DNA from: an uncultured bacterium | GTDB lineage: Bacteria; Chlamydiota; Chlamydiia; Chlamydiales; SLFE01 | NCBI GenBank assembly: GCA_964584775.1 | Contig: CAZPBC010000005.1 | Location: forward strand, 2,845 to 66,844 | Direction: 5' to 3' | Length of the DNA stretch: 64,000 nucleotides | Shown: piece by piece, positions 25,129 through 34,898 of the stretch | How positions within the stretch are numbered: position 1 is the first letter of the stretch | Layout of the letters: every line of letters begins with the position of its first letter | The notes under the pieces: model-generated | Databases searched by the model: none | What the model was told of the DNA's origin: nothing | What the model saw: only the letters and a program-made list of their open reading frames with translations | Made by a program: the position numbers and the translations under genes

Positions 25129-27738
25129 ATGCAACATAACCTCACCGAAGCCGTCAACCAAGCACTTCAACAGGCTTTCCAGAAAGCCATCACCAGTAAG
25201 CACACGGAAGTCACCGACAACCATCTTCTTTATGCCCTCCTTTCAGACCGTGAAGGGTACTGCTCTGGACTGCTCTCCTCCCTAGAAAAAGAGCCTAACG
25301 AACTCATCCGTGAAGTCGAGAGAGCCCTCAGCGGCCTCGCATCTTACGAGAAGGCTGGCCAAGAACCCCAAGTGGCTCACAACCTCCAAAGTCTGCTTGC
25401 CCACGCTCAAGAGCTTGCCCAATCGATGCAAGACAGCTACGTCAGCAGCGACCACCTCTTCCTGAGCTTTATTAAAGCAGGATCTGAACCCCTCTCTTCT
25501 TGGATGCGGAAGGTGAACCTCTCCTTGAACGATGTGGAGAAAAAAGTGAAAGAGATCCGTGGAGGAAAAACCATCGATAGCCCGACCTCTGACACGCAGT
25601 TGCAAGTCTTAGAGAAATACTGCAAAAACCTCACGAAGATTGCCAAAGAGGGGAAACTCGATCCTGTGATCGGCCGTGATGAAGAGATCCGCCGAACCAT
25701 GCAAGTGCTCTGCCGACGCACCAAAAACAACCCGATGCTGATTGGTGAACCCGGAGTGGGTAAAACAGCCATCGCTGAAGGGCTCGCCCAGCGGATCGTC
25801 CAGCAAGACGTGCCCGATTCACTGGCGAATAAAGAACTCCTCTCCCTCGATATGGGTAGCCTCATTGCAGGAACCAAATTCCGCGGAGAGTTTGAAGAGC
25901 GTCTCAAAGGCATCCTCGAAGACATTGAGAAATCGGATGGACAGATCATCCTCTTTATTGACGAAGTTCACACCCTCATCGGTGCAGGAGCGACCGAAGG
26001 AGCGATGGACGCTGCCAACCTCCTCAAGCCGGCACTCGCACGTGGGACCCTCCACTGCATCGGCGCGACGACACTGAACGAATACCAAAAGCACATTGAA
26101 AAAGACGCCGCCCTCGAGCGCCGCTTCCAGCCTGTCATGATCCGCGAACCTTCTGTGGAAGAAGCGATCGCGATCCTCCGCGGCCTCCGCGAACGGTACG
26201 AAATTTTTCACGGTGTGCGGATCACAGAGAGCGCACTCCACGCTGCTGTCTTTCTCTCGAACCGCTACATCACCGACCGCCAGCTCCCGGATAAGGCGAT
26301 CGACTTGATCGATGAAGCCGCCAGCCTCATTAAAATGCAGTTGGGAAGCCGTCCCCTTCCGATCGACAACAAAGAACGCCAGCTTGCCACACTCATTGTC
26401 GAACAAGAAGCGCTCAAGCGTGAAGGCTCGGACACTTCAAAAAAAGAGATCGAAAAGCTCGATGCAAAGATCGCAGAGCTCAAAGAAGAGCTCAACCTCC
26501 TCCGTCAGCAATGGGAAGAAGAGAAGAAGCTCATCGAAGAGCTGAAAGAAAAGAAAAACGAACTCGAGCACCTCCGCTTTGAAGAAGAAGAGGCCGAGCG
26601 GGGCTCCGACTACAACCGCGTTGCGGAGATCCGCTACAGCATCCTCCCTAAACTCCAAGAGGAGATTGAAGAAGCTGAAAAAAAACTCGAGAAGAAGGAA
26701 CACCGTCTTCTCCAAGAAGAGGTCGATGAAAACCTCATCGCTGAGATCGTGTCCAAGTGGACAGGGATTCCGGTGGCAAAAATGGTGGAAAGCGAAGCCG
26801 AGAAACTGCTCCACCTCGAAGATGAACTTTCGAAGCGTGTCGTGGGTCAAGAAATCGCCATCACCGCTGTCTCCGACGCCATACGTCGCTCACGCGCCGG
26901 CCTCTCCGATCCCACAAGACCGATGGGCGCTTTCCTCTTCCTTGGTCCGACAGGGGTCGGTAAAACGGAGCTCGCCAAAGCTCTCGCCTACCAACTCTTC
27001 AACACCGAAGAGGCGATGATCCGTCTCGATATGTCGGAGTACATGGAAAAGCACTCCGTCTCCAAACTGATCGGCTCTCCTCCGGGATACGTCGGCTACG
27101 ATGAAGGAGGACAGCTCACCGAAGCGCTACGCCGCAGACCCTACGCTGTGGTCCTTCTCGATGAGGTGGAGAAAGCCCACCAGGATGTCTTCAACATCCT
27201 CCTCCAAGTCTTTGATGATGGACGCCTCACTGATAGTAAAGGCCGCACTGTCAACTGTAAAAATGCACTCTTTATCATGACTTCTAACCTTGGGTCACAA
27301 CAGCTGCTCGACCAACTAGAGAAAAAGGATGAAGAGTTCACCAAGGAAGAAATCCTCGCAGTCCTCGAACCGATCATCCGCCAGCACTTCCGTCCAGAGT
27401 TCATCAACCGCCTCGACGAAATTCTCCCCTTCCTTCCCTTACGTCCTGAGGACATGCACCAGATTGTCAGACTACAGCTCAATGTCGTGGCTAAACGGAT
27501 GGCAGAACGCCACATCACTCTCACCTGGTCAGAAGAGGTCGTGGACAAACTGGCCAAAGAGGGCTATGACCCCATCTTTGGAGCCCGTCCTCTCAAACGC
27601 CTGATCCAGCACCAGGTGACCAACATGCTCGCCAAAGCCCTACTCGAAGGGAGACTCCCCTCCGACAGCAAGATCGAACTCATCATAGAAAACGACGAGA
27701 TCGGATTTAAACTCCTCTCTGTTGTTGAAGTGAGTTAA
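25129..27738 (+). CDS. clpB: ATP-dependent chaperone ClpB
   Basis: 869 aa. Two AAA+ modules ([20 protein letters not shown]) separated by a long coiled-coil middle domain. Strong SD GAAGGAGG. Confidence 0.95.
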   Translation: MQHNLTEAVNQALQQAFQKAITSKHTEVTDNHLLYALLSDREGYCSGLLSSLEKEPNELIREVERALSGLASYEKAGQEPQVAHNLQSLLAHAQELAQSMQDSYVSSDHLFLSFIKAGSEPLSSWMRKVNLSLNDVEKKVKEIRGGKTIDSPTSDTQLQVLEKYCKNLTKIAKEGKLDPVIGRDEEIRRTMQVLCRRTKNNPMLIGEPGVGKTAIAEGLAQRIVQQDVPDSLANKELLSLDMGSLIAGTKFRGEFEERLKGILEDIEKSDGQIILFIDEVHTLIGAGATEGAMDAANLLKPALARGTLHCIGATTLNEYQKHIEKDAALERRFQPVMIREPSVEEAIAILRGLRERYEIFHGVRITESALHAAVFLSNRYITDRQLPDKAIDLIDEAASLIKMQLGSRPLPIDNKERQLATLIVEQEALKREGSDTSKKEIEKLDAKIAELKEELNLLRQQWEEEKKLIEELKEKKNELEHLRFEEEEAERGSDYNRVAEIRYSILPKLQEEIEEAEKKLEKKEHRLLQEEVDENLIAEIVSKWTGIPVAKMVESEAEKLLHLEDELSKRVVGQEIAITAVSDAIRRSRAGLSDPTRPMGAFLFLGPTGVGKTELAKALAYQLFNTEEAMIRLDMSEYMEKHSVSKLIGSPPGYVGYDEGGQLTEALRRRPYAVVLLDEVEKAHQDVFNILLQVFDDGRLTDSKGRTVNCKNALFIMTSNLGSQQLLDQLEKKDEEFTKEEILAVLEPIIRQHFRPEFINRLDEILPFLPLRPEDMHQIVRLQLNVVAKRMAERHITLTWSEEVVDKLAKEGYDPIFGARPLKRLIQHQVTNMLAKALLEGRLPSDSKIELIIENDEIGFKLLSVVEVS

Positions 27739-27804
27739 ACCCGATCTGTCGTTTTTTTGAAAACTGGGCAGTAGGAAGCAGACTCGATCGTTCTTGATGG
27801 AAAA

Positions 27805-28362
27805 CTATCCAAACAACTCTCTAACTACGATCTCAGTCAGGACGAATCTGGCAGCCACCTGCTCGCCTCTTTGCGTAAAAATTTGGTATAGTAACTGATT
27901 TGCTGGTAGAGCCACCCCTAAGTCAGCACTCGCAGAAGCTCTAGAAAGCGCATCTATAGCTAAGTCATACTCTCGACGATAATAGAATTGTTGGCCCCTG
28001 TTCAAAAGAACCTGGTAGTCGACTTCCTCTTGAGTCTTTTTGATCTCAGCCTGAGTAGTTTCAGACACACCTTGTGTCAAACTCTTATGCAGCACCTCGC
28101 AGACTTTGCGATTCACCCGAGCTACAACATCCTCATCCGGCCGGATGTCACGCATGTCAATCTGGAGAAGGATACGATGAGCGTGCATCCGACACACTTG
28201 CTCTGTAACATGAAAGATTTCAAGTTCACCAGAATCTATGAGACCTGCTTGAATCAGGGTAGCAGTCTTTGCTTTCTCACTATCAGAGTCTTTAGACACT
28301 GACAAAGCGACATAAGCCTGTGTTTGGGGATCTAAGTTTTCCCACCCAATTTGAAAATTCAT
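27805..28362 (-). CDS. Hypothetical protein, 185 aa (one TPR-like motif near the C-terminus)
   Basis: Isolated ORF with an AT-rich region upstream (28363-28500). LNRGQQFYYRREYDLAIDALSRA looks like a single TPR-like helix pair. No other signature. Confidence 0.45.
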   Translation of the reverse strand: MNFQIGWENLDPQTQAYVALSVSKDSDSEKAKTATLIQAGLIDSGELEIFHVTEQVCRMHAHRILLQIDMRDIRPDEDVVARVNRKVCEVLHKSLTQGVSETTQAEIKKTQEEVDYQVLLNRGQQFYYRREYDLAIDALSRASASADLGVALPANQLLYQIFTQRGEQVAARFVLTEIVVRELFG

Positions 28363-28502
28363 AAAACACCTATTTTTAATACGAAAAATTATTAATATAT
28401 AATTAGTTTAAAATAAAATTATTAAGACTTTATAAACTCTACCCCCTTTTTCACTGCACTTCATAGCTGGAGAAAAATCCGCATATCCCCTAAACTGTTA
28501 CT

Positions 28503-28727
28503 ATGACAATTTCAGAAAAAGAGCTTTTAGAGACCCTTCAGCAGGCCTTTCCTGAGGCTCAGATCGCCTGTCTAGATCTTGCTGGAGACAATGACCATTG
28601 GGAGGTCACCATTGCAGATGACTCCTTCAATGGTAAATCCCGTATTGCACAACACCGGATGGTCCAAGAGGTGCTTCAGAACTACGACATCCACGCCCTC
28701 TCCATCAAAACGAAGAGGAAAGCATGA
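28503..28727 (+). CDS. bolA: BolA family protein
   Basis: 74 aa. [28 protein letters not shown]...IHALSIKT is the BolA pattern. It is translationally coupled to a monothiol glutaredoxin. Confidence 0.8.
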   Translation: MTISEKELLETLQQAFPEAQIACLDLAGDNDHWEVTIADDSFNGKSRIAQHRMVQEVLQNYDIHALSIKTKRKA

Positions 28728-29044
28728 GCGATATCTTTAAATTCATTGAGTCAGAAATTCGTGAAAACCCTGTCGTTCTATTTATGAAGGGAACGAAAGA
28801 GATGCCCCAGTGTGGATTCTCTGCTGGTGTCTCGACTCTTCTCAGCGACCTCGGTGTGACCTATAAAGACATCAATGTCCTAGCAGACCCTGAACTACGC
28901 CAAGGGATCAAGGACTTCACCAACTGGCCCACGATCCCCCAACTCTACATCGACGGGGAATTCATCGGCGGCTTCGATATTGTCAAAGAGATGGCAGAAG
29001 AAGGTGAACTTCAAGCTTTACTCAAAGAAAAGCAGCTTTGCTAG
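28724..29044 (+). CDS. grxD: Monothiol glutaredoxin (Grx4 family)
   Basis: [21 protein letters not shown] carries the CGFS active site, followed by [20 protein letters not shown]. Confidence 0.9.
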   Translation: MSDIFKFIESEIRENPVVLFMKGTKEMPQCGFSAGVSTLLSDLGVTYKDINVLADPELRQGIKDFTNWPTIPQLYIDGEFIGGFDIVKEMAEEGELQALLKEKQLC

Positions 29045-29170
29045 AGGAGTCTTGGTGAATTAGCACTCAGTGAAAATTTTTTCAGCAGCTTCCCCAAAAA
29101 AATATGAAATTTCAACTGAACTGATAAATTTGATGACCTGTCAATTTTAATTGAATAGTCAGGAGACAAT

Positions 29171-30151
29171 ATGGACAGCATAGATATATCAATTAGACCT
29201 TTCGAAGATGACCAATCTCTTTCTCAACTGCCGAGTCCCCGTGTGCCACAAGAAGATCCACTTGAAGAGAGAGTCATAGAGGTCGCAGCTGCAGTCATCA
29301 GCTCACCATCTACCTCCCCCTCAGCTGAGAATGATGGGCTATTAGAAAGAGTCAAAGACTTCGCTACTGGTCTGACCTGGTCTTTATTTACCGGAGCTGG
29401 TAAACCATTAAATGCTCCTGACTCATTTAGAATACCTGATTTGCTCGAAGCCAACGAACCCACTCCTCCAGATCCACTCCCCCTTCCTCTGGAGGCTAGA
29501 GAAGCGGTAGCGTTTGCAGAGGAACTTCTTTCCAACATTCAGGTTCAACCCTCTGATCAATTTTTTGCATCGCTAGCGACCTCTACCCATCCCCAGTTCA
29601 GTAGGTTGACAACCCATTTTTTGAATCAGACGAGTCAATGTTATCATTTAGCAAGGAGATACAATGAGCCCTGGCAAGAAGATGACTTCTTGAATGAGAT
29701 GGACAAACTCATCAAGCTCGCATACACATTGAGCCTTTGGATGGTGGATGACATCGATGCATTTACCAAAGAAGTGATGCCAGAAAAAAGTTATGAAGAA
29801 GCGATTACCAGTGATCAAACCTACTTTCGATATGCCTTCTTTTTTCTCCCAGATGCCTACCATCTAGCTAGGGGAAAAGTCCATTACTCTGGCGATCTCG
29901 ACTCCAGTATTGTGGGACTCACAGTCACATCCATAGAAGACCCCCAGTACGTGGACCAGTTTTACAGTCCTGATACTCTTCAACAGCAATGGAGAACGTT
30001 GTATAACGATTACTGTAACCGCCTGTACACCAAGGTCGACAGAACAAAGCTGACTGAAATAGGAGATATGCGTTTCGTAAGATGGTCTGTAAAAGACACT
30101 CCTGAGGAACGGGATAACTTTAGACCCCTACCTGACACGCTTCCAGGTTAA
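29171..30151 (+). CDS. Hypothetical protein, 326 aa, with a P/S/E-rich disordered N-terminal ~110 aa (effector candidate)
   Basis: Good SD (CAGGAGACAAT-ATG) and an AT-rich upstream region. No recognisable domain. Confidence 0.5.
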   Translation: MDSIDISIRPFEDDQSLSQLPSPRVPQEDPLEERVIEVAAAVISSPSTSPSAENDGLLERVKDFATGLTWSLFTGAGKPLNAPDSFRIPDLLEANEPTPPDPLPLPLEAREAVAFAEELLSNIQVQPSDQFFASLATSTHPQFSRLTTHFLNQTSQCYHLARRYNEPWQEDDFLNEMDKLIKLAYTLSLWMVDDIDAFTKEVMPEKSYEEAITSDQTYFRYAFFFLPDAYHLARGKVHYSGDLDSSIVGLTVTSIEDPQYVDQFYSPDTLQQQWRTLYNDYCNRLYTKVDRTKLTEIGDMRFVRWSVKDTPEERDNFRPLPDTLPG

Positions 30152-30197
30152 GACTTCTTTCAATATTCGATCAAACTGGACAGGGAAACGATTCAAT

Positions 30198-30216
30198 CTT
30201 CTCTTCCGAAGAGAAG
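30198..30216. terminator. Short hairpin between convergent genes
   Basis: CTTCTCT-TCCGA-AGAGAAG: 7-bp stem and 5-nt loop. On the + strand a weak TTTT follows 4 nt later. Confidence 0.3.
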
Positions 30217-30222
30217 GTGGTT

Positions 30223-30687
30223 TTAAGATTTCCAGTAATCTTTAGCGTGGGGCTTCACGAGACGGGAAACCATGTCCTTCTGCCAACCAGGCTTTTGTTC
30301 TGAGAAATAGAACAGAATGATCACCATCCCTAAGGGGAAGTTCAACACAGCCACGAGGAGTCCTAGAGTGAGGACCGCCGCACCGCAGCACCAACTCCAG
30401 TACACCCTTAAGGCTGCTTTGATAGGAGGAAACGAGTTAAAGGTGACGAGGTTAATCGCTGCGGCCAGTAAAGCAGCTGCAAATGTCACCACACACCAGA
30501 TCATTGTCATAAAGGAAACAAAGAAGCACATCACACGGAATTTCCAAGAGACCTTCTCATCGGGAGCTTTAGAGCTTCTTTTCCCTCCCGCATACTCCTC
30601 CTCTGTCTGAACTTCGACATCATCCTCATCGATAATGATGAACTCAGGGAGCTTTCTCTTTTGCTTTGATGGATCTTCTGTCGACAT
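30223..30687 (-). CDS. Small integral membrane protein, 154 aa, co-transcribed with sthA
   Basis: Acidic N-terminus followed by two long hydrophobic blocks (VMCFFVSFMTMIWCVVTFAAALLAAAINLV; VYWSWCCGAAVLTLGLLVAVLNFPLGMVIILFYF). It starts 2 nt after the sthA stop. Confidence 0.55.
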   Translation of the reverse strand: MSTEDPSKQKRKLPEFIIIDEDDVEVQTEEEYAGGKRSSKAPDEKVSWKFRVMCFFVSFMTMIWCVVTFAAALLAAAINLVTFNSFPPIKAALRVYWSWCCGAAVLTLGLLVAVLNFPLGMVIILFYFSEQKPGWQKDMVSRLVKPHAKDYWKS

Positions 30688-30689
30688 GG

Positions 30690-32087
30690 CTAGTGCTTTC
30701 TTTTAATTTTATTTATCCCGTTCAGAGCCGCTACACGGTAACCCTCTGCATAGGTAGGATAATTAAACACCTGATCGACAAAATAGTCAATTTTCGCACG
30801 GAAACTCATGGCAAGCTGACCGATATGGATGACCTCCGTAGCGCCTCGGCCAATCACATGCACGCCCAGAATCTCTAATGTCTCTTTGTGGAAGAGGATT
30901 TTAAACATCCCTACATTGCTTCCTGCAATGTGGCTCCTTGCTATCTCATAATAGTAGGCGCGACCCACCTCATAACGGAAGTCCATTTCAATCAGGTCTT
31001 CCTCTGTGTATCCACAACACGAAATGGTAGGAATGGTGTAAATTCCGACAGGGTAAAACGTGGGAAAGTGGTGCGTTCCCGCACCGAAGGCGTGGCGTGC
31101 GGCAAGTCTCCCCTGCTCCATACTCGTGGAGGCAAGGCTCGGTCCTCCAATCACATCCCCCACGGCATAAATATGGGGCACTTTCGTTTGGAAGAGGGCA
31201 TTCACAGGAACGTATCCACGCGCATTGACACTGAGCCCAGCATTCTCAATGTGCAACCCTTCGACATTTGCAACTCTTCCTAAAGCATAGAGTAAGCAGT
31301 CCGCTTTGAGCTCCGTCCCATCTTCGAAAATCACACGCGCTTTATTCCCCTCTTTGAGAATCTCTTTAGGGATCTTCTTTCCTTTAAACTTCAGACCAAT
31401 GTTCGTGAGGGCTGTTTGAAGGTGGATTCCGATCTCATCATCTAAGAGCGGAAGCATGTGTTCCTTCTTATCAATCACCGTCACTTCGCAACCGAGAGCC
31501 GCAAAGAAGCTCGCATACTCCGAACCAATAATCCCTCCCCCTAGCACCAACATCGACTTTGGGACATCTTTGATCGACAGAAGACGGGTAGAGTCCAGAA
31601 TCACCTCATCATCGAAAGGCACCTCTTTAGGGTTTCTCGGTTGTGAACCCGTTGCAATAATGACATTTTCTGCGTGGATTTGTGCAACGATGCGGTACTC
31701 CTGATCGACAACAATCAAGGTGTGTTCGTTTTCAAAGCGTGCGGTTCCGATGACGAGCTGGATATCATTTTTTCTCAGCTGGCGGCTGATAATATTGCGC
31801 TCCTCTTCGAGCACTTGACTCAGACGAAAGTTCAAATCTTGGATAGTGACATCTTTGATCGGAAAATCTTGACCATAGATCACTCTTTGGTGAAACCCCG
31901 TCAAATCCACGATCGCTTCACGCAACGTTTTTGAAGGAATCGTTCCCGAGTAAAGGCAGGAGCCTCCCGGCTGACCGATCCGCTCAACCACACACACTTT
32001 CTTTCCTAGCTTCGCCGCCTGGATGGCCGCCTTTTGTCCAGCAGGCCCCGAACCGATTACAGCTAAGTCACATTCAATCTCTTCCAT
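30690..32087 (-). CDS. sthA: Soluble pyridine nucleotide transhydrogenase (SthA-type flavoprotein disulfide-reductase family)
   Basis: DLAVIGSGPAGQKAA is the FAD motif. GGSCLYSGTIPSK has Thr in place of the second redox Cys, as in SthA rather than LpdA. 465 aa. Confidence 0.75.
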   Translation of the reverse strand: MEEIECDLAVIGSGPAGQKAAIQAAKLGKKVCVVERIGQPGGSCLYSGTIPSKTLREAIVDLTGFHQRVIYGQDFPIKDVTIQDLNFRLSQVLEEERNIISRQLRKNDIQLVIGTARFENEHTLIVVDQEYRIVAQIHAENVIIATGSQPRNPKEVPFDDEVILDSTRLLSIKDVPKSMLVLGGGIIGSEYASFFAALGCEVTVIDKKEHMLPLLDDEIGIHLQTALTNIGLKFKGKKIPKEILKEGNKARVIFEDGTELKADCLLYALGRVANVEGLHIENAGLSVNARGYVPVNALFQTKVPHIYAVGDVIGGPSLASTSMEQGRLAARHAFGAGTHHFPTFYPVGIYTIPTISCCGYTEEDLIEMDFRYEVGRAYYYEIARSHIAGSNVGMFKILFHKETLEILGVHVIGRGATEVIHIGQLAMSFRAKIDYFVDQVFNYPTYAEGYRVAALNGINKIKRKH

Positions 32088-32191
32088 ATAGTCTCTATTA
32101 TCTCTATTTTTTCACAAAATGCGAGAAACTACATAACCTACTTAAAACAAGCGTTTTAGAATTAATCACAAAAAACAGTTATAATAAGGTT

Positions 32192-32647
32192 ATGCCGAAG
32201 ATTAATTTTAAGAAGGTCGAGCAGGAGCTCGAAGCCACCCTCGCCAAATTCCACTTCGAGTACATCATTGGACTTGAAGAGGTTTCTGCTTCCTTTGGAG
32301 GCTTTGGCGTGAGCGATCCTAAAAAGGCAATGGAACACGCAAAAAGGCTCAACCGGTTTGCTCTTCGGCAGATGAAACACGGTTTAAAATCTCTCGTCTC
32401 TCACAAAAAGTATATCAAAAAGCTCAACATAAAAAAAGAAGAGCTGAAAAAGTACATGGATAGTGAAGGAGAACTCACGCCAGAAGAGCGTGCGAAAGTC
32501 CAAGCCATTATTGAAAAAGTGAGAGAATTCCAAAAAGAGATTCAGAAAAAAATCCTGCCTCAAGAAGAAGAGTACGTCAAAACGCGCATTAAGAAAGCGA
32601 CCTATCTGCGCCACAACGTCAAGCCCACGTGGCTTCCTTTGCACTAA
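32192..32647 (+). CDS. Hypothetical lysine-rich coiled-coil protein, 151 aa
   Basis: The track ORF (31931-32647) has its first 87 codons antisense to sthA. ATG 32192 (MPKINFKK) lies in the AT-rich intergenic region and is the plausible start. Confidence 0.45.
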   Translation: MPKINFKKVEQELEATLAKFHFEYIIGLEEVSASFGGFGVSDPKKAMEHAKRLNRFALRQMKHGLKSLVSHKKYIKKLNIKKEELKKYMDSEGELTPEERAKVQAIIEKVREFQKEIQKKILPQEEEYVKTRIKKATYLRHNVKPTWLPLH

Positions 32648-32673
32648 TTTAAATGTCTAATGAAGGATCGAGG

Positions 32674-34761
32674 CTAACTAACTTTTTCTAACCTCTGTCG
32701 CAGCAAGCGATCGGGGTTGTCGGAGGGATCCGCATCCCAGTCTGTCATCGCTTCCACCATTTTTTTCAACCGAGGCTGATACCACGATTCTTTAAGACGG
32801 TTAAAGGCTGCGTGAACCCACTCCTCGTCCGACTCTTGAAGCGTGTAATAGAGCGGATCGTATTTATGAAGAACCCGTTCAAATTCCTGTGAAAAGTGAA
32901 CAAGATCTCCAGGCAAAGGTGCGATTTCATCTAACTCTGCCTTCATACGGTCATAGAGGTCTTGGGCTTTTTTCCGATCAGAACGACTGAGTGAACTAAA
33001 CTTGATGGGTCGAAACCGGGAAACTGCACCACGAGATTCCAATTCTTCTAGTAGAGCTCCTCGCACTTGCAACAGTTTATGCTCTTCTTGGGCTCTCTGT
33101 TCATCCACAAAAAATCGATCTATTATGGTGTTCAAGCTGGAAAAGAGCTCTGGTACAGCGAACACGGCTCCAATCAAAGCCGTTCCGATCGCGGCCCCGG
33201 CTCCGGTGGCGATCAAAGCGATCCCCCCGCCAAGACAAACTCCTCCTACACCCACACTCACGACTCCAGCTCCGATCCGGAGTCCTTTTTCAGCCCAATT
33301 GTTGGAACTCCATATCTGACTCAGGTAAGCTCTTGCTCTTGAAGCCGAGAAGAAATCCCAAACCGACCGTTTAGGAGTGACTCTTTTCACATCTTTTGCG
33401 GCATTCACAGCATCTCGTTTCACCGTGTTGACTATAGAATTGACATAAGATTCCTCTTTGGCAATCGCTCTCTCAAATTGACATTCCATTAAAGGTCTTT
33501 GGCGTGCTTTTAAGAAACTCAGGTTCTGAAAAAAGCTGGCGACACCGCGAGAGTTCAGATTCGATGGGTTTTCTGCTCTCTTAGAAAAATGGAGTTCACT
33601 AGGGCACTCCTCTAGCCCCAGCTGCCTAATCACCCCGGCTGCTTTTTCATCTCCACTCTGATACAGTTTCCAAAGCTGCCCTGTCGCTTCCGAAAGCTCT
33701 AGATAGCGCAACGTTTCCTCAGTAATATTTTCTCCCCTCGGCGGCTCTCGAACACCCTTTGCTAAACTCCCTAAAAGCTCTCCATATTTTCGCGTCAATT
33801 TGTCATCATGGATAGCGGCAACGAGTGGTAGAATATCCCCTACCATCCACTGCGCTTGATGGGGGTGTTCATTGGCCCACTCTACAAACGCCTCCAACTC
33901 TTTGGTTATCTCTACTTGAAAATCTTTTTCTCCAAAACGGGTCAATGGAGAGTCTTTCGGCTGATATCCATGGCGTAAACACTCGAATCGAAACGCATAC
34001 GCTTCTGGAGAAATCCACTCTTTTTCGCCCTGAGATCCGAGCACCAACTTTCTAAAATGGCCAGAATCCACCCCGTGTTCTTTATACTCATCGATCCATT
34101 CGCGGACTTTCTCTTCAATATCTGCTTTTTCACCTGGATTTGTGGATCTTGAGTGACGGTAGAAAAGCTGATTGATAGCGAGTGAAGTTGCCCTCGCTTC
34201 TAACAGCTGTAACTCTTCACGTCGATCTTCTCCACCATGCTCTTTCAAAAACTGGATCTGACGTTGAATCTCATCATACCGCTGAATGAAAGCCTCTTTA
34301 CCAGGATAGTCTCCCTTCCCCATTAAAAGACGTCCTTCTCTAGAGGTTTTCCAAGCACTGCTCGGGAGTTCTGTTCCATCGTACTTTGCCTGTGCTGCTG
34401 TCTCTTCACTGATCCGACGATCGGCTAGTTGCTCAATCGCCTCGTAGTCCCTTCGATGGTCTGCCAGTTTTAGTGCTGCTCCAAATTCTTTTAATTTGCG
34501 GAGCTTCTCTACATGCTCCGCAACCAAAACAGCTTGAACCTCAGCCACATCCTTCTCCAGCTTGAGAAGGCGGACTCGTAAAGGATCCAGTGCACGATCG
34601 TCGTCCTTTATCACTCCGGCTTCGGCTTTAAGAGCCTCAATTCTCTCCCGAAGGCTGGCATCGAGTTCGGAATTCACATCATTTTCAGCGTCAGAAAGTT
34701 GCTTCTCAAGGAGTTCCGCTCTTTGATGGATTCTTTCCAGTGAGGAATAATCTGAGAACAT
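32674..34761 (-). CDS. Hypothetical 695-aa coiled-coil protein with an internal glycine-zipper / bilobed hydrophobic segment (Inc-like candidate)
   Basis: aa 493-535 (nt 33157-33285): GLRIGAGVVSVGVGGVCLGGGIALIATGAGAAIGTALIGAVFA. The rest is charged and helical. The upstream region (34762-34895) is very AT-rich. Confidence 0.6.
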   Translation of the reverse strand: MFSDYSSLERIHQRAELLEKQLSDAENDVNSELDASLRERIEALKAEAGVIKDDDRALDPLRVRLLKLEKDVAEVQAVLVAEHVEKLRKLKEFGAALKLADHRRDYEAIEQLADRRISEETAAQAKYDGTELPSSAWKTSREGRLLMGKGDYPGKEAFIQRYDEIQRQIQFLKEHGGEDRREELQLLEARATSLAINQLFYRHSRSTNPGEKADIEEKVREWIDEYKEHGVDSGHFRKLVLGSQGEKEWISPEAYAFRFECLRHGYQPKDSPLTRFGEKDFQVEITKELEAFVEWANEHPHQAQWMVGDILPLVAAIHDDKLTRKYGELLGSLAKGVREPPRGENITEETLRYLELSEATGQLWKLYQSGDEKAAGVIRQLGLEECPSELHFSKRAENPSNLNSRGVASFFQNLSFLKARQRPLMECQFERAIAKEESYVNSIVNTVKRDAVNAAKDVKRVTPKRSVWDFFSASRARAYLSQIWSSNNWAEKGLRIGAGVVSVGVGGVCLGGGIALIATGAGAAIGTALIGAVFAVPELFSSLNTIIDRFFVDEQRAQEEHKLLQVRGALLEELESRGAVSRFRPIKFSSLSRSDRKKAQDLYDRMKAELDEIAPLPGDLVHFSQEFERVLHKYDPLYYTLQESDEEWVHAAFNRLKESWYQPRLKKMVEAMTDWDADPSDNPDRLLRQRLEKVS

Positions 34762-34898
34762 ATTTACCTCTATTTCACTTTCCTAGTAATATTATAATAA
34801 AATTTTAAATAATAATCTATCTTATTAATGTTATGTTTATTTAAATGCAAATTCCATACCAAATTGATTCAAATAAACAGGTTTTTTATAATAAATGT

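Noticed and set aside
30223-30687. Reading the 154-aa double-hydrophobic-block protein as an inclusion-membrane (Inc) protein.
   Set aside because: Tight translational or operon coupling to sthA argues for a bacterial-membrane role, and the hydrophobic blocks are longer than a simple bilobed hairpin. I kept it only as a minor observation.
31931-32191. N-terminal 87 codons of the track ORF 31931-32647.
   Set aside because: This part is antisense to the 5' end of sthA and runs through the AT-rich intergenic region. The plausible gene begins at ATG 32192.
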